Source: Alphaproteobacteria bacterium (lineage in GTDB: Bacteria > Pseudomonadota > Alphaproteobacteria > Paracaedibacterales > VGCI01). From it: a stretch of DNA of 64,000 bases. The translations under genes were made by a program, and so were the position numbers. The stretch lies in NCBI GenBank assembly GCA_016870095.1, contig VGCI01000009.1:5518-69517 (forward strand), in the 5' to 3' direction. Positions 52,474 to 60,159 of the stretch are shown here, one piece after another. The notes beneath the pieces were generated by a model. The model was not told where the DNA came from. It worked only from the letters and a program-made list of their open reading frames with translations, and did not search any database. Within the stretch, counting starts at the first letter, position 1. Each line of letters starts with the position of its first letter.

Positions 52474-54609
52474 TTACCCAATCTTTAATGCACCTTTAAT
52501 GTTAACGACAGGGCCTTGAAGAATAATACCCGCACCCGCCTGCATTTTGATGGCAGCATCCGCTTTTATACTAATGATGGCTCCTTTCACTTGAACCATA
52601 GCTGTTGATTCGACAGAAAGAGGACCCGTGGCCTTCAGGGAAGCCAATGCACTGGATTCTATACTCAAAGGGCCTGTCGATTTTATACTTGCGACCGCAC
52701 TGGATTCTATACTCAAAGGGCCCGTGGACTTCAAACTTGCCGTTGCACTAGACTCAATACTGAGGGGCCCTGTAGATTTAATATTCGTATTCCCTTTGGA
52801 TTCCATATCGATGTTTCCAGATGCTTTAATCGTAATATTGCCCGTCACGTCAATGGTCATGTTACCCCCACCTAACGTTATTTTTTGGTTCCCTTTAGAG
52901 ATTTTGATAATGTCATCGCCATTGGTGATGGAAAGGGTATTTGTTGTTCCCGACCCTTTTAATTCAACCATCCGATTTCCCTTGTCTAAAGTCAGGGTAT
53001 CATGACCCGTATCTCCCCCATTTAACGTGACCTTTCTCTCTCCCTTTTTAATTGTTGAGGTATCATCTCCGGTTTTGATGAGGAGAGTTCGTGAGTGTTC
53101 AACTTCTGAATCCCAATCTTTTTGAGCATGAAGAAAAATTTGTTCACTTCCCTTTTTATCCTCATATCTAAATTCATTAAAACCGCCTCCACCTTTGGAG
53201 GTATCGGACTTAATTGTACTTTTTGTCGGTTCACTTTTGGCGTAAGGATTTGCATTTTTACCGTTGTAAACACATCCCGTAATTAAAGGCCGATCCGGAT
53301 CCCCATCCAGAAACGTGACGACAACTTCCATCCCAATGCGCGGCGTAAAAACACCGCCCCAATTGTTTCCCGCCCATAATTGAGCTACGCGAATCCAACA
53401 GGAACTTTTCTCATCTTGGGTCCCTCGTTGATCCCAATGAAAATGGACTTTAACGCGCCCAAATTCATCAGTCCAAATTTCTTCTCCAGCTTTGGTCGTG
53501 ACAATAGCTGTTTGCGTACTATGAATCAGGGGCTTAGGGGTTATAAGTTGCGGACGGAAAGGTACATCTGCCGGAAATGCTACAAACTCATTTTCATACA
53601 GCTCTTCACTTTCACTTTTTGCATTCTGATTAATGCGATGATGCACACGATAAAGAACATACTTTTTATTTAAATCAGATCGTGGATGTTCTGCCATCGT
53701 AAAGCTATACATGGAACAGAAAGTAGGTACTGTAGAAAACCCACTTAAAGTAATTTTAGCCCATTCTAAGTCTTGAATTCGATGATTGGCAATTAAGTCC
53801 CCCTCATCGGATTTCATAAACATACCGGGATATTGATAAACTTCACCGCCCATACCTTTGCCAGACACTTTGTTGTAAAGCTTCGTTGTGGGAGTCTTAA
53901 AATTAAAGTCTGCTGCTGCAAACTTCTTGACCACGACTTTTTCTTGATTTCGTACGGTATAAAGCATATTAAAGGGCGGTTTTGAAGAATATGATTTTAG
54001 AAACTTAATCGTCCCCGGGTCTACATCCTCTGCTCCTTTCGAATCATCACAAATAACCATTTTGTGAGCAGAGCTCGTGTGCTCAAAATAGTAAAATATG
54101 CCCTCTTCTTCCATGAGTCGACAAATAAAATCAAAACAACTTTCGGCATATTGCACGCAGTATTTACGCACTCTTTTGCCACAAGAGGATGTCTTATCTT
54201 CTATTTCTGTCACATCATTATCGCTTAAAACTTCCTTGATAATTTCCATCGCTGTTTTATTTTGAAAAATGCGGTGGTCACGCGTAAATTTCAGCAACCA
54301 AAATTTGGGATATATTTTGGCTTGATAAAAAGTATAATTATTTTTCCCCTTTTTTACGGTCCAACCCTGTTCTGCCGTGCCTACAATTCCGCAGAAATAT
54401 CTTTTGCCCTTTCCATACTCGTAAGTAACTTGGATTTCCTTCCCCACAAGCTTAGATAAATCAAGATCGGGCGATAGCGAGTGCATATCAAGATTAAAAC
54501 AAAAAGGCTCAGAAATTTGCTCCACACCATCAAATCTGTCCATTATCAAGGCATCTTTGCCTAAAGGAGTGCTGATCTTTAAATTCACTTTATCTTGAAC
54601 TGCAAGCAT
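52474..54609 (-). CDS. vgrG: Type VI secretion spike protein VgrG (TssI)
   Basis: YCVQY.ES.FDF..RLMEEEGI.Y.FEH, IWTDE.GRVKV.FHWD, SSCW.RVAQ.WAG..WG..F.PRIG.EV.V.FLDGDPDRP, FNE.R.EDKKG.EQIFLHAQKD. Confidence 0.95.
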   Translation of the reverse strand: MLAVQDKVNLKISTPLGKDALIMDRFDGVEQISEPFCFNLDMHSLSPDLDLSKLVGKEIQVTYEYGKGKRYFCGIVGTAEQGWTVKKGKNNYTFYQAKIYPKFWLLKFTRDHRIFQNKTAMEIIKEVLSDNDVTEIEDKTSSCGKRVRKYCVQYAESCFDFICRLMEEEGIFYYFEHTSSAHKMVICDDSKGAEDVDPGTIKFLKSYSSKPPFNMLYTVRNQEKVVVKKFAAADFNFKTPTTKLYNKVSGKGMGGEVYQYPGMFMKSDEGDLIANHRIQDLEWAKITLSGFSTVPTFCSMYSFTMAEHPRSDLNKKYVLYRVHHRINQNAKSESEELYENEFVAFPADVPFRPQLITPKPLIHSTQTAIVTTKAGEEIWTDEFGRVKVHFHWDQRGTQDEKSSCWIRVAQLWAGNNWGGVFTPRIGMEVVVTFLDGDPDRPLITGCVYNGKNANPYAKSEPTKSTIKSDTSKGGGGFNEFRYEDKKGSEQIFLHAQKDWDSEVEHSRTLLIKTGDDTSTIKKGERKVTLNGGDTGHDTLTLDKGNRMVELKGSGTTNTLSITNGDDIIKISKGNQKITLGGGNMTIDVTGNITIKASGNIDMESKGNTNIKSTGPLSIESSATASLKSTGPLSIESSAVASIKSTGPLSIESSALASLKATGPLSVESTAMVQVKGAIISIKADAAIKMQAGAGIILQGPVVNIKGALKIG
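52588..52779 (-). repeat. Four tandem 48-bp (16-aa) repeats in vgrG
   Basis: K(S/A)TGPLS(I/V)ES(S/T)AxxxL/I/V x4; GCACTGGATTCTATACTCAAAGGGCC is identical at 52649 and 52697. Confidence 0.93.
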
Positions 54610-54756
54610 TGTTCATCACTCAATTTTGGGTTAGGACATCTTAGTGCTTAATTATTCTGGCACGACTTTTCAGTAATGTTGAGAGGAAAAATGATTGGGT
54701 ACAGCAAAGTCCCGTGGTATCTTATGTTCAACTCCTTCGAAAATAGGCTTTAATTT

Positions 54757-55398
54757 ATGATTGCAAAATTATCCGGCATACTGGATTCTACAGGCCCAGA
54801 CTGGCTCATCCTAGATGTAGGCGGTGTAGGATACCAAGTTTTTGCCTCCGCACGCACACTATCGCACCTACCCCAAATGGGAGAAAAATTCTCTCTCATG
54901 ATTGAAACGTTGGTCCGTAATGAGCAAACTCAGCTCTTTGGTTTCTTTCACGAGGACGAACGAACTTGGTTTCGTTTGCTTTTGGGCATTCAAGGCGTAG
55001 GTGCTAAGGTTGGCTTAGCCCTTCTTTCGGCCTTGTCGAGCGATGAGCTTCATCAAGCCATTTTGACTCAAGATCAAGCCCTTATTACCCGTGCCGATGG
55101 TGTAGGGCCGAAGTTAGCGGGACGCATTGTAGCAGAGCTCAAAGGTAAAGTGGGGGGATTTGCCTTACAATTAAGCACCACAAACTCTGGAAGTATTGAT
55201 AGTATTGCTTCAGTTTCTGGGGGAATGAGTGAAGCCATTTCTGCCCTCACTAATCTTGGCTACCGGCGTGCAGAAGCTGTCGAGGCTGTCGCCAAATCTT
55301 CTCAAACCCTCGGGCCCGGGGTCTCAACAGAAGCCCTCATTCGCCAGGGGTTGAACATTCTATCGCAAAAATTAGCCGGCGGAGCCAATCATGGTTGA
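54757..55398 (+). CDS. ruvA: Holliday junction branch migration protein RuvA
   Basis: [43 protein letters not shown]. Confidence 0.97.
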   Translation: MIAKLSGILDSTGPDWLILDVGGVGYQVFASARTLSHLPQMGEKFSLMIETLVRNEQTQLFGFFHEDERTWFRLLLGIQGVGAKVGLALLSALSSDELHQAILTQDQALITRADGVGPKLAGRIVAELKGKVGGFALQLSTTNSGSIDSIASVSGGMSEAISALTNLGYRRAEAVEAVAKSSQTLGPGVSTEALIRQGLNILSQKLAGGANHG

Positions 55399-56419
55399 AA
55401 TAAACAAGGCGGTTGAAGAACGTCTCAGTACTCCAGAATTTCTCGAAGAAGATTTGGGTGAAGTTTCCCTTCGCCCTCTCACCTTAAAAGACTTTACGGG
55501 TCAAGCGCCGGTTCGTGCCAATTTAAGCGTATTCATTGAAGCCGCCCGCACCCGGGGCGATGCCATGGATCATGTGTTACTATTTGGACCGCCAGGTTTG
55601 GGTAAGACAACGTTGGCACAAATTATTGCTCGGGAACTGGGTGTTGGATTTCGCACCACCTCTGGGCCCATCATTGCCCGTGCTGGCGATTTGGCCGCAC
55701 TTTTGACCAATCTGCAGCCGCACGATGTTTTATTTATTGATGAAATTCACCGGTTGAGCCCCGCAATTGAAGAAATTTTATATCCCGCTATGGAGGATTT
55801 CAAACTCGATATCATGATTGGTGAAGGACCGGCTGCTCGCTCCATTCAAATTGAATTACCCCCTTTTACTCTCGTGGGCGCAACTACACGCAGTGGATTA
55901 TTAACCCAGCCTTTACGGGAACGATTCGGTATCCCGTTGCGCCTCATGTTTTATGATGTTGAGGATTTGCGACGTATTGTGAAACGAGGAGCAGATTTGC
56001 TCAACTTTGTCCTCAATGATGATGGCGCCACAGAGATTGCCCGACGTTCCCGTGGTACACCTCGAATTGCCGGACGCCTTCTGCGTCGCATTCGCGACTT
56101 CGCTGCCGTTGCAGGAGAAACTATTGTAACAGCAGAGGTTGCCAACCTCGCCCTCAATCGCTTGCAAGTGGACCGTCTTGGTCTCGAAGCCCAAGATCAA
56201 CGCTATTTGCAGTTGATGATTGATTTTTATAAAGGCGGACCCGTGGGTGTTGAAACCCTGGCTGCTGCGTTAGCCGAGCAAACGGAAACCCTTGAGGAAG
56301 TCATTGAGCCCTATCTCATTCAACAAGGTCTTATTCAACGAACCGCTCGCGGGCGTATGCTCACCGACCTTGCCTATATACACTTAGGCTTACCGACAAG
56401 AGATAATTCTCTATCTTAA
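55391..56419 (+). CDS. ruvB: Holliday junction DNA helicase RuvB
   Basis: [50 protein letters not shown]. Confidence 0.98.
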   Translation: MVEINKAVEERLSTPEFLEEDLGEVSLRPLTLKDFTGQAPVRANLSVFIEAARTRGDAMDHVLLFGPPGLGKTTLAQIIARELGVGFRTTSGPIIARAGDLAALLTNLQPHDVLFIDEIHRLSPAIEEILYPAMEDFKLDIMIGEGPAARSIQIELPPFTLVGATTRSGLLTQPLRERFGIPLRLMFYDVEDLRRIVKRGADLLNFVLNDDGATEIARRSRGTPRIAGRLLRRIRDFAAVAGETIVTAEVANLALNRLQVDRLGLEAQDQRYLQLMIDFYKGGPVGVETLAAALAEQTETLEEVIEPYLIQQGLIQRTARGRMLTDLAYIHLGLPTRDNSLS

Positions 56420-56439
56420 GGTAAAGGAAAATCAGACTT

Positions 56440-57609
56440 TTATGCAGCAGACCGAAGGGTAATATGAGTAATTTCTGCTGCAGTCCCTAACCGCATGGGT
56501 GGGCCCCAAAACCCTGTACCGGAACTGATATATACTTGCGTTTGCTTATTATAGCGATGAAGACCTGTTGTATAAGGTTGCTGCAGATAAACCAAATAAG
56601 TAAACGGCCAAATCTGACCCCCATGGGTGTGCCCGGAAAGTTGAAGATCAACACCCTGCTCAGCTGCTTCATGGATAGCTGCCGGCTGATGGGCTAAAAG
56701 AATCAATGCCTTATTGGGGTCCCGACCCCGCAAAGCTTTTTTTAAATTGGGCCCTTCCCCCGGGAAGTGACTGCTTCCCCAATCGTCAACGCCAGCCAGA
56801 TCAAAACTAATGGAATCAGTGCCAGCTGAAATTGAGACCCGCTCGTTACGTAATACTCGAATGCCGAGGCCCGCAATATAATCACACCAGGGTTCGACGC
56901 CAGAATAATATTCATGATTGCCGGTAATAAAATAAATACCCATCGGCGCTTCTAAATTCGCAAGCGGATCTACGTGAGCGCGTAAATCTTCAACGGAACC
57001 ATCAACCAAATCGCCCGTAATAACAATTAAATCCGGCTTCAAAGCATTCACCTTGTTAACCACTTTTTGCAACCAATCGCCCTTAATTAATGCCCCGATA
57101 TGAAGATCCGTAATTTGAACAATTCTCGTTCCATCTAGCGATTTCGAAAGCCGATCGAGTTTAATCATTAAAGGCTTAACTTTTACGAAACGTAACCCAT
57201 TCCACAAAGCGATTGCTCCCAATATTCCGGTAACACTCAATGCCACAACACCAAAGCAAAATTGAAGAAGGGACTGAGGTTCCGGCAAATGACTTAAAGG
57301 AACAAATTTCAAGAAAAACCAAACCGCATCTGTTGCAACGAGTGTCACAAATAGGATTAAGGCAAAACCCATCCAAGGATAAATCGCCCACGCCAAAAGG
57401 GTTGCCGCTTTACGGGGCAAAATGCGGCTGACGGGAATATGAATTAAGGTAAGTAAAGAATATATTGTCAACAAAGACCCCAAAAAGAAACTCTGAGAGC
57501 CAGTTAACTGCAGATAATAGTTCAGGCGCGTAAACATATAAAAATGCGACAACCCGAGAATAAGGGCAAAAATACTCAGAAAAGTGAGAATTTGTTTCAG
57601 TTTAGGCAT
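56440..57609 (-). CDS. Membrane-anchored metallophosphoesterase (YkuE/YaeI-like)
   Basis: N-terminal TM helices; ITDLHIG, ITGDLVD, ITGNHEYY, LLAHQP, LSGHTHGGQ, SSGTGFWGPPMR. Confidence 0.92.
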   Translation of the reverse strand: MPKLKQILTFLSIFALILGLSHFYMFTRLNYYLQLTGSQSFFLGSLLTIYSLLTLIHIPVSRILPRKAATLLAWAIYPWMGFALILFVTLVATDAVWFFLKFVPLSHLPEPQSLLQFCFGVVALSVTGILGAIALWNGLRFVKVKPLMIKLDRLSKSLDGTRIVQITDLHIGALIKGDWLQKVVNKVNALKPDLIVITGDLVDGSVEDLRAHVDPLANLEAPMGIYFITGNHEYYSGVEPWCDYIAGLGIRVLRNERVSISAGTDSISFDLAGVDDWGSSHFPGEGPNLKKALRGRDPNKALILLAHQPAAIHEAAEQGVDLQLSGHTHGGQIWPFTYLVYLQQPYTTGLHRYNKQTQVYISSGTGFWGPPMRLGTAAEITHITLRSAA

Positions 57610-57726
57610 GAGAGTCCCTTTTTAATTTGTTTGTATCTCTTTCATGCCAACAAAACAAGATTAAGAAAAGAGAAGCTCGATAATATGTGGATTGTTTTAC
57701 ATAGGGTAACAAATGAAGAAAAATAT

Positions 57727-59367
57727 TTAAAAGGAATCCACACTGTTGCGTGAACTTACGAAATTTGGCATTTCCGTTATGCCTTTATACCATACTTCTT
57801 GAGGTATTTTTATGCCTACGCTCTCAAGATTATTCTTAAACTTTAGATCCGTCGTGGAGTCCTTTGTCTTGTAGGTAACTGCTCCGGCTCTCGGCAATGC
57901 TGGCGCAAAAGCAGATAAGGCAGATGCATATCCTTCCTTATAATCAAGTGTATCCACCATACATATTGCAAAAGCTCCAATGGTATTCAAAAGATGTATA
58001 TAGAGGAAGTGCCCTCGGCCTTCCGTTATTTTTAAACGAATTTCCTGTGCCAATCTTGCTATATGCATTAGGGGGCTAAGATCATCAACCGGCAGGACAC
58101 CTAAGGGTTCGGTTAGATATCTCCAAAACCAATACATTGCTTCCATTTCTTCACGAATTTCTGAAAAAGCTTTATCTTTTAACACAGTTTGAACAAATCC
58201 ATAAGGACAATTCGCTAGTCGCAAGGCAACATCGAGGGTGTGGGGCCGTTGTTGGTAGTTTGGCTTTTCTATATTTGCTTGAGCATAATTTTGGAGGTTG
58301 GCAATGGCCCTTAATACTTTAGGTTTTTGTTTTTTTCTAAAGTCTTGCACCATAAGCTCATTACCCTGTTTAATAAGCAATTCTTCTAAAAGAGAAAGGG
58401 CATGATTAGCCAGAACCACGAGAGGCTCAACACGATATTTGTTTACATAATAAGGTGTTACGACAGGATAACTTTGGTATATTCCATAACGAAATATTTG
58501 AGAAAACTCTAACACGATTGTATGCAAATAACTGATTAAAGGACCAAAACCAGGGCGTTTTGGTGTTTTTTCGTAGCCAAAAGAAACACAAGGGTGCGAT
58601 TGCAAAAATTCACTAAAGTAACGAGAATCTGTAAAATCATGCCCATCTAAGATAGCTTTATCTAAGAGTACTTCTTTGCCCTCAGGGGCTTTTACAAGGT
58701 CGATACATTTTCCCGTATTTTTACGTAGCCATGTTTTGACAGCCGAAGAAAGTGAGCCTTCAAAGCGCTCAATTTTAATACCACCGAGATCCAAATCTTT
58801 TGGGAAAATCGTCTCATGGTTTGGAAAAATTACACAACCTTCAATCTGACGCAAGTCAATTTCAGAAGCCCAAACTGCCGTATCACTTGGGAAGAGATTC
58901 ACTATTCGATCTCTTAATAGTTTTGCCGGAATCAACACAGCTTGGATATATGCCCCCACATTGGGATCTAAAGAATTCTCGCACAAGGCTGTGTGCAAAC
59001 TAAAATAAATACAAGGCCGAAAACTATCAGGATTCGGTGTATATGTTATGCTCTTACGCATCGTGTTTGTCATCTCAAAGGTGGTTAAAGGAACAAGAGC
59101 ACCACCATACAGTTTTAAATTTGTCTGCTCACCAAACAAATTCATTCGCGTTAAATGAACTAAATACCCATTTTCCAATAAATCTGCAGCTATCGCACAC
59201 CCAGCTGCTAGATGCACTGCATCTTTTGGAGTTTCGTGCCCATTAACAAGACGTGAAGGCGACGTGGCACCGAGGCCGGCATCTTTATCCACACCCCCGA
59301 TGGAACTTGATAGAAAGGGGAAGGCCATGACTATAGGCCATAATAATTTATAATAAAATTTGTTCAT
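57727..59367 (-). CDS. Hypothetical secreted protein (possible ADP-ribosyltransferase-like N-terminal domain)
   Basis: 546-aa ORF with N-terminal signal-like segment; motifs YLVHLT, RPCIYFSL, AVLIP, NLFPSDT; function is inference only. Confidence 0.6.
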   Translation of the reverse strand: MNKFYYKLLWPIVMAFPFLSSSIGGVDKDAGLGATSPSRLVNGHETPKDAVHLAAGCAIAADLLENGYLVHLTRMNLFGEQTNLKLYGGALVPLTTFEMTNTMRKSITYTPNPDSFRPCIYFSLHTALCENSLDPNVGAYIQAVLIPAKLLRDRIVNLFPSDTAVWASEIDLRQIEGCVIFPNHETIFPKDLDLGGIKIERFEGSLSSAVKTWLRKNTGKCIDLVKAPEGKEVLLDKAILDGHDFTDSRYFSEFLQSHPCVSFGYEKTPKRPGFGPLISYLHTIVLEFSQIFRYGIYQSYPVVTPYYVNKYRVEPLVVLANHALSLLEELLIKQGNELMVQDFRKKQKPKVLRAIANLQNYAQANIEKPNYQQRPHTLDVALRLANCPYGFVQTVLKDKAFSEIREEMEAMYWFWRYLTEPLGVLPVDDLSPLMHIARLAQEIRLKITEGRGHFLYIHLLNTIGAFAICMVDTLDYKEGYASALSAFAPALPRAGAVTYKTKDSTTDLKFKNNLESVGIKIPQEVWYKGITEMPNFVSSRNSVDSF

Positions 59368-59754
59368 AATTTTAATTTTTATATGAAAGAATTCTTATAT
59401 TCTAAGTAAAGCAAAATACACAATTTATCAATTTAAATGTGAAGCCTTATAAATGGCAAATCGTCACAACCGATTCCTTATGAAAAATCGTTTGACAGGT
59501 CGCTTTACTCCTTGCAACGACTGGCATCAAATGGACGAAGCCGACTTTACTTTTCCGAAAAAAAATCATGATCTTTCAATAACATTCCTTATCTTGTTTA
59601 TTCTTCTTCAAAATTCTTCTGCGCCCTAACACAGAAAAAATTTCATATGACCACATGAAATTAAGCTGATATTTCTCCTATCGTTTTAGAAAAGTTCTCA
59701 TAGAATAAGACTGTAACCAAATGTGAAAAATTTCTTAATTAATGGGAGGTTCAA

Positions 59755-60030
59755 ATGAAAGTTCTCAATTCAAAATTTTTACTCAGTTTGTTGGTTGTCG
59801 CGTGGTGGGCAACACCGGTTTTGGCCAGTGATAAAACAACAGGACAAGAAGAAAAGGCTACACCCACGTCTCAACCAACAACACAAACACCACCTGATAA
59901 GGTTGAGCCTCTCGGTTTAGAAGGGGGAGATTTTGTTAACAAGCCCTCAGATCTTGCAGATAGGATTGGCAATAAAATTGAACAAGTTGCCGATAATCTT
60001 TTTGGTAACAAAAAAGAAGATAAAAAATAG
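59755..60030 (+). CDS. Small secreted hypothetical protein
   Basis: GGGAGG RBS; signal peptide MKVLNSKFLLSLLVVAWWATPVLA-SD; T/P/Q linker; followed by a terminator hairpin. Confidence 0.75.
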   Translation: MKVLNSKFLLSLLVVAWWATPVLASDKTTGQEEKATPTSQPTTQTPPDKVEPLGLEGGDFVNKPSDLADRIGNKIEQVADNLFGNKKEDKK

Positions 60031-60055
60031 TATTTAGACCCTACAAACCCAAAAG

Positions 60056-60105
60056 AAGCCTTTGAGTAAAGTTCTGAATTGAACAAACTCCTCAAAGGCT
60101 TTTTT
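60056..60105. terminator. Terminator-like long hairpin between the small gene and mutS
   Basis: AAGCCTTTGAG...CTCAAAGGCTT-TTTT with inner GTTC/GAAC stem. Confidence 0.65.
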
Positions 60106-60159
60106 GATTATAAATCCACTGTTCCCCGCTTCGCTCCTCGCAATGAGGCCAACGAAATT

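Noticed and set aside
52628-53005. 125-aa repetitive plus-strand ORF (ALDSILKGPVDF repeats)
   Set aside because: Mirror of the vgrG 48-bp repeats, not an independent gene.
54657-54673. TGGCACG as a sigma54 -24 element near vgrG
   Set aside because: It points toward ruvA, not vgrG, and lacks the -12 TTGC.
59440-59630. Minus-strand fragment reading RNVIERS..FFGKVK, reminiscent of an IS5-family transposase C-terminus, and a 58-aa plus-strand ORF
   Set aside because: The match needs several frameshifts and stops, and no terminal inverted repeats were seen; too weak without tBLASTn.
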